A model generated the notes under the pieces. The model had not been told where the DNA came from, did no database searches, and worked only from the letters and a program-made list of their open reading frames with translations. Both the position numbers and the translations under genes were made by a program. Below are positions 25,772 to 34,671 of a stretch of 64,000 bases of DNA, piece by piece; within the stretch, counting starts at the first letter, position 1, and each line of letters opens with the position of its first letter. Source of the DNA: a virus (Duplodnaviria; Caudoviricetes); IMG/VR virus record IMGVR_UViG_2773857716_000001, positions 1 to 64,000 of that record. One strand, written 5' to 3'.

Positions 25772-26779
25772 TCAGATGAGCTTCTGACCTTCCTGCATCA
25801 GCCGCTCGAACTCTTCCGGCGTCATCCGCGCGCGCAGGATCCGCAGTACGTCTGACCAACTGTGAAACGGCATCGACTCCACCGGCGCCTCCTCCGGGTG
25901 GACGTCTACTCCCTCGGAAGTGATAACGGCGTTATCACTCGGCGCCGACGGTGGTGCTGACGAAGCCTCTGGCAAGGTCCGGGGGGTGACGGTGATAACG
26001 GCGTTATCACCCGCAGCCTCAGGGGTCCCCTCTTGCCGGTCCTTGCGCTTCTCCGCCTTCTTCGTGGCCTCCGCGGCCCGCTCGTCGGCCTTCTCCCTCT
26101 GCTGCTGCGGCGGCAGCTTGCTGAGGCCCCGTACGTGCTCAACCTTCCGAGCGCCGGCATCCAGGTCCGCCTGGAGCGTGGGGTCCAGCTGGAGCAGGGA
26201 GAGGCGTTGCGAGATGAACGCCTGGGTGATGCCCAGGCGCTGGGCGGCCTTGCGCTGCGATCCGTAGAACGCGACGAGTTTCTCGAGGGCGGCAGCCTCT
26301 TCCAGCTCACTCATGTTCTCGCGGTGCGCGTTGGCAACGTATGCGGCCTCGAGGAGCTTCTCGTCGGAGACAGCGAAGGCGTCATCGAGGCTGTACTTGA
26401 TCTCCTTCAAGCCGGCTTCGCGCGCCGCGGCAAGGCGCCGGTGTCCGTCAACAACGACGTACTGTGCGCCTCCCTCGAGCTCGCCGGAACGGTCGGGACG
26501 CTCGGCAAGGTAGGCATCGACGGTGACGACGCTAATGGGGTTGACCAGGCCCACCTCGAGGAGAGTCTGCGCAAGGTCGGAGACGTCCCCGAGGGCTTCA
26601 CGCGGGTTGTCCGGGTTCTCGCTGATCAGGTGCGTGGGCAGCTTTGAGTTGGGCCGGCCGCCGGCTCCCTCAGTGGGGGCTTCGGTGGCAGCAGCCATGG
26701 CGGCTCGGCGAGCGCTCACCGCAGGAGCGGCGTGGGAGAACGACGTGGAAGCCGCCAGCCTAGAGGTCCTGCTGCTCAC
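25772..26779 (-). CDS. parB: ParB/RepB/Spo0J partition protein
   Basis: NPDNPR, VVVDGHRRLAAA CTPase box, ANAHRENMSELEEA, HTH SQRKAAQRLGITQAFISQRL. Confidence 0.93.
   Translation of the reverse strand: MSSRTSRLAASTSFSHAAPAVSARRAAMAAATEAPTEGAGGRPNSKLPTHLISENPDNPREALGDVSDLAQTLLEVGLVNPISVVTVDAYLAERPDRSGELEGGAQYVVVDGHRRLAAAREAGLKEIKYSLDDAFAVSDEKLLEAAYVANAHRENMSELEEAAALEKLVAFYGSQRKAAQRLGITQAFISQRLSLLQLDPTLQADLDAGARKVEHVRGLSKLPPQQQREKADERAAEATKKAEKRKDRQEGTPEAAGDNAVITVTPRTLPEASSAPPSAPSDNAVITSEGVDVHPEEAPVESMPFHSWSDVLRILRARMTPEEFERLMQEGQKLI
25920..25938. promoter_or_regulatory. parS-like palindrome 1
   Basis: GTGATAACG-G-CGTTATCAC perfect 9-1-9 palindrome inside parB. Confidence 0.75.
25992..26010. 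promoter_or_regulatory. parS-like palindrome 2
   Basis: Identical 19-mer inside parB. Confidence 0.75.
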
Positions 26780-27996
26780 GAGATCTCCCTTGCCAGCGCC
26801 CGCATGTTGGCGGCCTGTTCACTGTTCGACGCGTACACCAGGAGGGGTTCCTTCATGCGGACGGCTTCGCGCTGCTCGCGGCGGTCGGGGATGACTGCGA
26901 CGACGCGGGGATCCTTTATGGCCTTCCACTGCTCGAGGCTGCTGGTCGCGATGAAACCGCGGCGCCCGTCGTAGAGGTTGACGATGAGGCCGAGGTAGTC
27001 GACTTCGACGCCCATGTCGGTGCGCAGGTCCTCGATCTGGGAGACGAGGAGGCTGTAGGCGTCGGCGCTGCTGTCTTCGGCTTGAACGACGATGCCGACG
27101 CCGGACTTGCCGGGCTTCTCTCCGTCGCGGCGCCGGCCGTAGTAGACGGCGGCGTCCATCGACATCCCGAGGCTGGGCGGGCAGTCGACGACGATGACGT
27201 CGTAGAGGTCTTCGATGGGGGCCAGGGCTCGTTCGAGGGCCGCTTCGCGGAACCGGACGCCGGACAGGCGCACGTCGAGGAGGAATGCGTCCTGGCAGGC
27301 GGGGAGAAGATCGATCCTGCCGCCGAACTGGTCGCCGGCGATGGGGACGATCAGGTCCCGCAGTTCGCCGCGGTCCTTGTCTGCTGACATGTGCTTGGCG
27401 AGGGTGTCGCCCTGCATGTCCAGGGGCTCGTGGCCGAGTTGCTTGGTGAGGTGACCCTGGGGGTCGAAGTCGACGAGGAGGACGCGGAGGCCGAGTCCGG
27501 GCAGGTCGGCGGTTTCAGCCTCGAGGCCGTTGTCGGTCATCTGTTTGGAGACGCGGACGGGGTAGAGCTGGTCAGGGTTTTCGGCGTATGCCTGGCCGAT
27601 GCCGGCGGTGACGGTGGTCTTGCCTACACCGCCTTTCTGGTTGCAGATGACCTTTCGGCGGGGGTGTTCTGGGCGTTCCTCGGTCGGGGCGGGGTTGGTG
27701 TCGAGCCAGAGTTGTACGGCCTGTGCGAGGCCTTGGATGAGGGAGACGCCGCGGGCTGAGGCGTCGGTGCGGAATTGGTCCCACTGGCCTTCGGGGAGCC
27801 AGGTGGAGAACGACTCGGCGCCGGCGGTGTCGATGGCGGCGAGGTTGGATCCGAGGGCGCGCCAGGCGGTGATGCCTTCAGCGACGGCGTCTTGGAGGGC
27901 GATGCCGAGCTGCGCGGTGCGGACCTTGAGGGGTTGCCGGAGCGCGGCGGGGAGCTTGGAGACGACCTTCTCACGGTCGCTTTGCGGACTCGTCAT
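26776..27996 (-). CDS. parA: ParA family ATPase with N-terminal duplicated DNA-binding (RHH-like) extension
   Basis: Deviant Walker A NQKGGVGKTT, LLVDFDPQG, VVDCPPSLG. Confidence 0.93.
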   Translation of the reverse strand: MTSPQSDREKVVSKLPAALRQPLKVRTAQLGIALQDAVAEGITAWRALGSNLAAIDTAGAESFSTWLPEGQWDQFRTDASARGVSLIQGLAQAVQLWLDTNPAPTEERPEHPRRKVICNQKGGVGKTTVTAGIGQAYAENPDQLYPVRVSKQMTDNGLEAETADLPGLGLRVLLVDFDPQGHLTKQLGHEPLDMQGDTLAKHMSADKDRGELRDLIVPIAGDQFGGRIDLLPACQDAFLLDVRLSGVRFREAALERALAPIEDLYDVIVVDCPPSLGMSMDAAVYYGRRRDGEKPGKSGVGIVVQAEDSSADAYSLLVSQIEDLRTDMGVEVDYLGLIVNLYDGRRGFIATSSLEQWKAIKDPRVVAVIPDRREQREAVRMKEPLLVYASNSEQAANMRALAREIS

Positions 27997-28002
27997 GAGG
28001 GC

Positions 28003-28046
28003 ACCTTACTAACGCGAGAGATCATTTCAAGCATCCGGGCGTTAGT
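28003..28046 (-). promoter_or_regulatory. parA promoter with inverted-repeat operator
   Basis: TTGAAA-N16-TAAGGT 6 nt before the ATG; ACTAACGC (28008-28015) and GCGTTAGT (28039-28046) are inverted. Confidence 0.5.
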
Positions 28047-28069
28047 GTCTACCTCCTGAGGGTCGGAAG

Positions 28070-28088
28070 GTGATAACGGCGTTATCAC
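28070..28088. promoter_or_regulatory. parS-like palindrome 3
   Basis: Identical 19-mer, intergenic upstream of parA. Confidence 0.75.
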
Positions 28089-28101
28089 CCAGCACTCTGG
28101 T

Positions 28102-28899
28102 TCAGGCGGTGCGTTGGAAGGCGGTTCGCACCTCAGGCGCGAGGCCGGCTCGCTCGCCGCGGGCGCGGCGGATGGCGGCCTGCCGGGTCTGCTCGCGTTC
28201 GGCAGCAGCCTTCTCCTCGAGGTCGTTGACGAACCACGCGGCGTCGCGGTGCCCTTCGGGGTCCTCGCGGTGGGCGCGCATGGCCGCGGTCTGGCGGTCG
28301 GCGGCGGCGCGGGCGCGCTGCTGGATGTCAGTCTCGGTGCGGTCGGCGGCGTGGGCCTGGTGCGCGGCGAGCGCGGCCCGGTAGCCGGGGGAAGCCTGCG
28401 CGCGGGTCTTCTCCGGAGCCGGTTCCGCTGGCCGCTCGGTACGGTCCTCGGCCGCGGGGTCGGACGGCGCGGCTATGTGGCCGGGGCGCAGCGGCCGGAT
28501 GGAGCGTACGGGCACGCCCTTGGCTTGGAGACGGCCGACGAGCTGGGCGCCGAGGATGCGGAGGTGGGCGGCGTAGGCGGGGGAGGTGGGCTGGACGGTG
28601 AGGCAGCCGGTGGCGTCGAGGGAGACGGGCTGGACCTTGCCGACGAGCTCGGGGCACAGGGTGTGCCATTGGTCGACGATGTTGCCGCCGGCCATGCCGG
28701 TCTTCCAGTCCTGCTCGGCCTCGATGCGCTTGATGACGTTGCCGAGCCCGACGGGGTCGCGGCCGTCGCCTGGTCGCGCACGCACGGTCTTGCTCTTGCG
28801 CTTGGTGGGGTCGTTGCCGGGGATGGCCCAGCTGCGGTTTTTGTAGGCGGCGAGGGCTTCGCGGCAGATGTCTTTGCCGGACGGCTGGGGCTCAGTCAT
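28102..28899 (-). CDS. DciA/DUF721-family protein
   Basis: RDPVGLGNVI...W...IVDQW...CLTVQPTSPAYAAHLRILGAQLVGRL, typical of actinobacterial DciA. Confidence 0.75.
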   Translation of the reverse strand: MTEPQPSGKDICREALAAYKNRSWAIPGNDPTKRKSKTVRARPGDGRDPVGLGNVIKRIEAEQDWKTGMAGGNIVDQWHTLCPELVGKVQPVSLDATGCLTVQPTSPAYAAHLRILGAQLVGRLQAKGVPVRSIRPLRPGHIAAPSDPAAEDRTERPAEPAPEKTRAQASPGYRAALAAHQAHAADRTETDIQQRARAAADRQTAAMRAHREDPEGHRDAAWFVNDLEEKAAAEREQTRQAAIRRARGERAGLAPEVRTAFQRTA

Positions 28900-29597
28900 C
28901 GGGTCACCTCTCGGACGGGAATGCCGGCGGCGCGGGCGAGCTTCATGCAGTTGCGGGTGCCGTAGGACCGGCCGAGGGGAAATCCGAGACAGAGGTACGC
29001 TCCGCGGCGCACGAGTTCGGCGTTCCGGCGGGGACCGGCCGAGGGGCAGAAGTCATCCAGTTTGCCGGGGTGAGCGGTGTCGCCAGGCTTCTTTCGGCGG
29101 CGGTGCCCAGGGCCGGGCGGACAGTTGGGAGCACAGTGATCCCAGTCGGCTTCCAGGCGCTCGGAGACGATGCCGTACGCCTCATGGGTCCGTGCCCAGC
29201 GATGAACGATGGGATCAGCTCCGTCGGGGCAAGCCCCCTCCACGAAGGCGACGCGCACGCCGTGGCCATAGATCTGCACCGCGTCGTGCCAGGAGTCCAG
29301 GAGCGCGTCCTCGATGAGCTGGGTGTCCCGGTGTTCGCGGGAGCCAGTGGTCAGGATGCGCACGGTGCGGAGGGTGAGTGTCACCGACCGGATGATCGGC
29401 GCTGGCAGCGTGGCGTTGAGTCGTTCGATCAGGTTGGGACCGGCCAGACGCAAGAGGCTGTGGGCCGCGGGGTTGTCGCAGCGCACGGTCAGCTTCTGCG
29501 TCTCTTCGTCGTAACCGACCGGTGCGATGTTGCTGGTCGTCACCACCTCTTTCCACGCCTCTCGCAATTCGGAGGCGAGGTTGATCTCGCGGCTCAT
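28896..29597 (-). CDS. DciA-like domain fused to a SLOG (DUF2493/YspA-like) domain
   Basis: N-terminal LREAWKEVV...LTVRCDNPAAHSLLRL; C-terminal RILTTGSR, VEGACPDGAD, AGPRRNAEL, FPLGRSYGTRNC. Confidence 0.72.
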   Translation of the reverse strand: MSREINLASELREAWKEVVTTSNIAPVGYDEETQKLTVRCDNPAAHSLLRLAGPNLIERLNATLPAPIIRSVTLTLRTVRILTTGSREHRDTQLIEDALLDSWHDAVQIYGHGVRVAFVEGACPDGADPIVHRWARTHEAYGIVSERLEADWDHCAPNCPPGPGHRRRKKPGDTAHPGKLDDFCPSAGPRRNAELVRRGAYLCLGFPLGRSYGTRNCMKLARAAGIPVREVTR

Positions 29598-31075
29598 GCG
29601 TAGACCTCCTGGTCGGCGAGGTAGCGGTTGACGGCGGCGTTGGTGTAAACGCGGCGGGCGTCGGCCTCACCCATCCAAGAGATGGCGATTCCGATGATGG
29701 CCGGGTCCTTGGCGGCCGCGGCGCGCTGATCGATGACCTCGGCGCGGGACAGGGATGCCGGGTCGAAGGTTGTGGTTGCGGCGGTGTACTCGGTGCAGCC
29801 CTCCTCCGCGACCGGGGCCTGCTGGACGCGGGTGAAGGCTTCGGCAACCAGGCGCTGGACGTGGGCGCTGGACGGGCCGGGTCCGAACGTCTCGTACTGC
29901 GTGCGGTCGTGCTCGCTTCGGGCGGCCTGCCGGGAGTCACGCCACGCCTGGACGCACTCCTGCCGGGCCTGGGGGGTGCGGAGGATCCGGGTGGCGCCCT
30001 TGAGGCGGCGGGCGAGGACTCCGGACGGGCGGCGGATGCCCTGGTCGTCACCGATGGCGAACTGGGACAGGTAAGCGGCCACCTCGGTGACGGACCAGCC
30101 GGCGTCCGCGACTTCGCGGGCTACCCAGGCGATACGGGCGGGGCTGGCGCCGCCGAGCCACGGGACCTGGGCGACGAGCTCACGGCCGAGCTGATGGCGA
30201 CGGCCGACGCGGTTGAGGGCGCGACGGGCCCGCTGCTTGGGAATCTTCGGGGTGGGGCAATCGCTGGTCCCGCTGGCGAGCTTGCTCTCAGGGGGATAGG
30301 TAGTAGTTCCCGCAGATGTCGTCGTAGAGGTACCACCCTGCATTGGGGTGCAACGGGCCCTGCGCTGAGACGGCTTCCGGGAGCGGGTGCGGTGGACCTT
30401 CCGGGCGGCCTTCTTCGCGAGCTTCCCGATGGTGCTGCGGGACTCCTCGGCGATGCCGACGGGACGCCGTTGCACCCCTTCGCCGATGATGCGGATGCCG
30501 AGGGCCTCGTCGAACGCGACCGGGATGACCCGCTCGTACACGGATGCCTGCGCACCGACGCCGGAGACGCGGGTGCCCTTGGAGCGGTAGGCGAGGAGTC
30601 CGGCTTCGCGGAGCATGTCGAAGTGGTACTGCACGGCTCGCTCGGACAGCCCCAGCTTGCGCGCGAGGTAGGCGATCCCGGGGCGGCACTCGGTGAGCGC
30701 GGCGATCTCCTGGCAGATGCGGATGGTGGTCTGGTTCATGCCGCGAGGGCCGTGGGTGCGGCTGGGCTTGTAGAGGCCGGAGCTGTGGACCCAGTGGACG
30801 GACTGCATCCAGGAGTGGCCGCAGGTGGCGACACGTCCGGTGGTGGTGCCGATCCATTGGCCGTTGGGGGCGACACGGAGTGCCGTCTGAGCGCTGTGGT
30901 TGCGCTGCCCGGGGAGGGAAATCCGGGACGAATCGCCCAAGTCGGGGGCGTGAAGCTGACAAGCGGTGTCGACGTCGTGCAAGATAGGTCCCGTCGTCAG
31001 GCACGCCTGATGGCATGCGAAAGGCCTTCGGGTCGGTCGTTGCTTCTCGGCAGAAGCGGATTGCTCGGAGCGCAA
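29594..31075 (-). CDS. Putative replication initiator (winged-HTH) protein; start uncertain
   Basis: CRPGIAYLARKLGLSERAVQYHFDMLREAGLL wHTH; lies directly upstream of dciA-dciA-parA-parB. Confidence 0.6.
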   Translation of the reverse strand: MRSEQSASAEKQRPTRRPFACHQACLTTGPILHDVDTACQLHAPDLGDSSRISLPGQRNHSAQTALRVAPNGQWIGTTTGRVATCGHSWMQSVHWVHSSGLYKPSRTHGPRGMNQTTIRICQEIAALTECRPGIAYLARKLGLSERAVQYHFDMLREAGLLAYRSKGTRVSGVGAQASVYERVIPVAFDEALGIRIIGEGVQRRPVGIAEESRSTIGKLAKKAARKVHRTRSRKPSQRRARCTPMQGGTSTTTSAGTTTYPPESKLASGTSDCPTPKIPKQRARRALNRVGRRHQLGRELVAQVPWLGGASPARIAWVAREVADAGWSVTEVAAYLSQFAIGDDQGIRRPSGVLARRLKGATRILRTPQARQECVQAWRDSRQAARSEHDRTQYETFGPGPSSAHVQRLVAEAFTRVQQAPVAEEGCTEYTAATTTFDPASLSRAEVIDQRAAAAKDPAIIGIAISWMGEADARRVYTNAAVNRYLADQEVYA

Positions 31076-31217
31076 CCGGGGTGGTACTCGGGGCGGTCCG
31101 AACGCTGGAGGGCTGGTAACCCGTCCAGCAGCAGAGGGGCCGTAGTCCGGCCGGTGCTGGTAACACCGGTTGGCGGAGGCGGCCCGGGGCGGTCGAGGAA
31201 TCTCCCGCCGGATATGG

Positions 31218-31577
31218 CTACGTCATCTGATCCCCTTCAGTGGGTGGGGTCTGTGCCCGTTGCTCGACAATGTCGAAGCGAACCGGGCTCGGCAGTTCGT
31301 GGGCTCCCGTCCGTCTCGTGTCGAAGTAGAGGCAGTCGAGCAGGACGGCCAGCCTCGCCTCCAGCTGGTCCGGTCGGTCGCCCAGCCGCGTGCCGGACAC
31401 TTCCGTGCGGAGGCGAACCGTGCGCGAGGTCAGATCGAGTGAACTCCCGGGCGCGAAGAACGTATCGACGCTCCTCTGGATCCTCTCGGGAGTCAGGTGC
31501 CATTCCTGCTGCTGGACAGATACGCGCGGCTTCGGGCGTGGGCAGGAGACTGCGATGTTCCAGGTGCGGGCGCTCAT
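31218..31577 (-). CDS. Hypothetical protein
   Basis: ATGA-coupled with the upstream gene. Confidence 0.55.
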   Translation of the reverse strand: MSARTWNIAVSCPRPKPRVSVQQQEWHLTPERIQRSVDTFFAPGSSLDLTSRTVRLRTEVSGTRLGDRPDQLEARLAVLLDCLYFDTRRTGAHELPSPVRFDIVEQRAQTPPTEGDQMT

Positions 31578-31948
31578 CGCTCGCCCTCCACCCAGAACTT
31601 GCGGCACGCGGGGCGCTGGCATCGACCGGAGGCGTCAACCTTTGAGGCCGGGACCAGATCCGCCAGATCGCTTTCCTCGCCGAGTTCCACGCTTCCGTTG
31701 CATGCGGCTACGGAAGCCCCGTACACGTATCCGGATCCGGTGACGGCGATGTGCACGACGCCCCGGGAGTTCCAGTTGTTGCGGCCTTCGCCGTTGCGAG
31801 TGCCGGCGAGGACTGACCCGCGGTACGTCAGTACCCGGCGAGGCTCTTGGGCTTTCGCGGGGTGGTAGTCGTCGGGTCGGTTGGTCCGATGGTGCAGGAC
31901 CTCGGCCTGGTAGTCGTGGACCTCAATGCGGCCCACCGCGGCGCTCAT
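31574..31948 (-). CDS. Hypothetical protein
   Basis: ATGA-coupled; C-terminal RCQRPAC. Confidence 0.6.
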   Translation of the reverse strand: MSAAVGRIEVHDYQAEVLHHRTNRPDDYHPAKAQEPRRVLTYRGSVLAGTRNGEGRNNWNSRGVVHIAVTGSGYVYGASVAACNGSVELGEESDLADLVPASKVDASGRCQRPACRKFWVEGER

Positions 31949-32064
31949 CGTGCGCTGTGGGTAGTGGTGACAGGGTCTCCGCTCTGCGTCGCCGGTGTGA
32001 TCTTCACGGCGGTGGCTGGAGTCCCACTGTCTGATAGCCCGGGTGTCCGGGTACTCTGAGCCAT
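31945..32064 (-). CDS. Small leader-like peptide (39 aa)
   Basis: GAAAGG RBS; ATGA overlap with the next gene. Confidence 0.35.
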   Translation of the reverse strand: MAQSTRTPGLSDSGTPATAVKITPATQSGDPVTTTHSAR

Positions 32065-32328
32065 ATCGCTGGCCTTTCTACGTTGTGGCTGGCGGTGGCC
32101 GGGTTGACTGCCCGGCAACGGCCCCGCCACGATCCCGGTTACCAGCCGGGGGAGCGGGGCCGCTCCATTTGTAGTTTGAGTGGCCGTCAGAAGCTGAATG
32201 CTCGTCTGGCGCAGGCCCCAGCCTAGCGGTTTACCTCGCCACCCCTCTACCTCCCTTGCATACGTGTCGATAACTGTTGATTCATCAATACGACCAGCTC
32301 ATCGGGTCATCGGCGCCCTCCCGTCCGC

Positions 32329-32355
32329 GTCCTATAGTTTTGGGAAGTAAATAAC
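32329..32355 (+). repeat. 27-bp inverted repeat, left copy
   Basis: GTCCTATAGTTTTGGGAAGTAAATAAC; exact reverse complement at 46586-46612. Confidence 0.92.
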
Positions 32356-32391
32356 GGGAGTCAGCACAGGTCAGGCGCCTGCGGCTTTGAA

Positions 32392-32802
32392 CTACCCGAC
32401 ATCGGCCAGCACGGCGAACTTGGTTGTTGCGGTGTGTGGTTGGGGGATCGGCAGCGGGTGGACTTGTGCGGTTCTGTCGGGGCCGTCGTGCTGGACGGTG
32501 GCCTGCCGGTGTCGGGTGCGGGCTGCTGTGGCGGCGGCGGTGCAGCGGGGGCCGCGGCAGCCGTGGTTGTTGTAGCCGCCCGCGGTGCCGTGCGGGATGC
32601 GGTTGTCGCGGCCTGCGGCTTTTGCCGCGGCCAGGCGTTGGGCGAAGCCGGGGTTGCGGGCTGCCAGTTGTGTGGGGGTCCTGCGGCTGATGCCGAGCTT
32701 GTCGGCGGCGTCGCCGATGCGGACGCCCGAGGCGACGAGGCGCAGGAACTCGACCTGGGCGGCCTGGTCGAAGGTGACGGGGCGGCCGCGGCCGGCGGTC
32801 AC
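32392..32802 (-). CDS. HTH protein with HGT...GCR zinc motif
   Basis: GRPVTF..FLRLVASGVRIGDAADKLGIS; PHGTAGGYNNHGCRGPRC. Confidence 0.7.
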   Translation of the reverse strand: MTAGRGRPVTFDQAAQVEFLRLVASGVRIGDAADKLGISRRTPTQLAARNPGFAQRLAAAKAAGRDNRIPHGTAGGYNNHGCRGPRCTAAATAARTRHRQATVQHDGPDRTAQVHPLPIPQPHTATTKFAVLADVG

Positions 32803-33197
32803 TCGTGGTCTCCGCGCGCGATGTCCTGCTCAGTGTTGGCGCGGTGCCGGCCGTGGGATGCGGTGACGGCGACCCGGCGGGCCATGGCCTGGTATCCGGC
32901 GTCGACGAGGGCCGTGCGCAGCCGGTCCAGGGCCTGCGGCTCCCAGGTGGGTGCGGAGACGATGCGGCCGGCGCGGTAGCCGACTCTCAGGCCGTGCTCG
33001 TATATCGCCGTCACCACCTCCTCCGGCACGTCCGGCCACAGCACGGTGGGGAGCTTCGTGGGCTGACCGAGGACGTCGAGGGTGGCGGCGGCGAGGACGC
33101 CGGTGAGCATGTCGGCGGAGGTGACGGCTCGCTGCTCGTGGGAGTGGTCGGCGGCTGCGACGTCCAGGGCGGCGGGGAGTTCGGGGGTGGTGGTCAT
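32799..33197 (-). CDS. Hypothetical protein
   Basis: Coupled at both ends. Confidence 0.65.
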   Translation of the reverse strand: MTTTPELPAALDVAAADHSHEQRAVTSADMLTGVLAAATLDVLGQPTKLPTVLWPDVPEEVVTAIYEHGLRVGYRAGRIVSAPTWEPQALDRLRTALVDAGYQAMARRVAVTASHGRHRANTEQDIARGDHE

Positions 33198-34048
33198 GCG
33201 GCGGGCTCCAGGACGGTGGTGATGGGGAGGGTGAGGGGCTGGACGGTGCGGACGATCCGCAGCCGCGGCCGGCGGGCGCCGCTGGTAGTGGGGGCGGCGG
33301 GTGTGCGGCGGCCGCGGGCGAGGTGCGGGAACCCGGGCAGGACCAGCTGCACGGGCCGGGCCGGCGCGATCCGCCGCTGCCGGGAGCCGTCCGTGTTCGG
33401 GGCCGCGGCTATGGGCCAGCGCCCGTCCGGGGCGATCCGAACTCCCGCGGGGAGGACGCCGAGTTCCCGGGCCCGCTCCAGGAGCTGCTGCCTGCTCGCG
33501 GTCTCCTTGTCCAGGCCGAGGAGGCCGCACAGGAGGCTGCGGTGCCAGTTGCTGGTGCGGACGTCCATGCCCGCCCGATACGCGACCAGTTCCTCGTCTG
33601 TCTCACGCGCCAACGACTTCAGGAGGGCCTGCTTCTGGGCGGTGCGTGCCTCGTCGAGCCGGGCGTCGTCCGCTGCAGGTGCCGCGGGTACGCCGGCCTC
33701 GCGGCGGCGGGCGATCAGCGCCTTGTGGCGGTCCAGGCTCCGCATCCCGCCGAGGACGCCCTCGGGTTCGGCGAGCTTGCCATCGGAGGTCTCGGTGAGG
33801 CCGTAGGTGCGGCACACGGCCAGGACCGGGCAGGTGCCGCACACGGCCTCGGCCGCCTCCAGCCGCAGGTTGCGCACCGACGGGCCCTCGCCGCCCTCCT
33901 CCGTGTACGGCCCCCATGCGTCCAGGCTCAGGTCCGGGTTGCCCTGGGCGCGGCCGGGCTGGTCCGGGTCGGGCGCGCACCCGCGGTAGCGCCAGTGGCG
34001 GTGGTCTTCGAGCTGTTGGCGTGCCGTCTCCGGCGTGAGGGTGGTCAT
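33194..34048 (-). CDS. WhiB-like protein with C-terminal HTH-like region
   Basis: YRGC...AEAVCGTCPVLAVC...EGVLGG WhiB signature. Confidence 0.8.
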   Translation of the reverse strand: MTTLTPETARQQLEDHRHWRYRGCAPDPDQPGRAQGNPDLSLDAWGPYTEEGGEGPSVRNLRLEAAEAVCGTCPVLAVCRTYGLTETSDGKLAEPEGVLGGMRSLDRHKALIARRREAGVPAAPAADDARLDEARTAQKQALLKSLARETDEELVAYRAGMDVRTSNWHRSLLCGLLGLDKETASRQQLLERARELGVLPAGVRIAPDGRWPIAAAPNTDGSRQRRIAPARPVQLVLPGFPHLARGRRTPAAPTTSGARRPRLRIVRTVQPLTLPITTVLEPAA

Positions 34049-34323
34049 GAGGGGTCCCCGCTTCCGTGCTGCGTGCTGTGCTGGGTGAGGGCGTGGGTGA
34101 CGATGGCGGTCGCGGCCGCGAGGACGTCCTGCTCGACGCGGTATTGGCGGGCGCCGGCGACGAGCCGGGCGACGTTCGCGGAGTGGTCCCGGGCTACGGC
34201 GGCGTCGGTGATGCGGCGCTCCGCCTGGACGGCGGTCAGGGCGCGGCGCATCCGCCACCAGGCCACAGTGAGGCCGGCGGTGGAGAGGAGCGCCACGATC
34301 AACGCGGTGAGCATGGCGCTCAC
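34045..34323 (-). CDS. Membrane-anchored hypothetical protein
   Basis: N-terminal TM helix; GGAG RBS. Confidence 0.65.
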   Translation of the reverse strand: MSAMLTALIVALLSTAGLTVAWWRMRRALTAVQAERRITDAAVARDHSANVARLVAGARQYRVEQDVLAAATAIVTHALTQHSTQHGSGDPS

Positions 34324-34326
34324 CTC

Positions 34327-34569
34327 CTATTCGGTGGTGGGGTCAGTGCGGGCTGCGTAGTCGGCGACGATCTGCTCGGCCGCGCGGACGACGAGGAGCT
34401 CGGAGCGGACGCGTTCAAGCTCTTGCCGGACATACGAAGCGCGCTGGCCCCGGATGAGGCGCAGCGCGCGGTGGTAGATGAAGCGGGCCCCGGCCCAGAC
34501 CGCCGCCGGTAGACCGGCGGCAGCCAGGCGCAGGGCCACGGCCTCAGAAGAGGGTGGCCGTTGGGTCAT
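34327..34569 (-). CDS. Small membrane protein
   Basis: GAGG RBS; one hydrophobic segment. Confidence 0.55.
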   Translation of the reverse strand: MTQRPPSSEAVALRLAAAGLPAAVWAGARFIYHRALRLIRGQRASYVRQELERVRSELLVVRAAEQIVADYAARTDPTTE

Positions 34570-34610
34570 GACTAGACACCTCGGGAATGAGGGAGTGCTG
34601 TGGATGTGAA

Positions 34611-34644
34611 GCGGGGCCGCACCGGACTGCCGGTGCGGCCCCGC
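34611..34644 (-). terminator. Strong 15-bp hairpin (terminator or processing site)
   Basis: GCGGGGCCGCACCGG-ACTG-CCGGTGCGGCCCCGC. Confidence 0.6.
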
Positions 34645-34671
34645 GGGACGGTTGGGGTTAGGGGTGGCGGG

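Noticed and set aside
32070-32175. Cloverleaf-like structure as a tRNA
   Set aside because: No TTC T-loop, D-loop or acceptor/CCA pattern; kept only as a candidate regulatory RNA.
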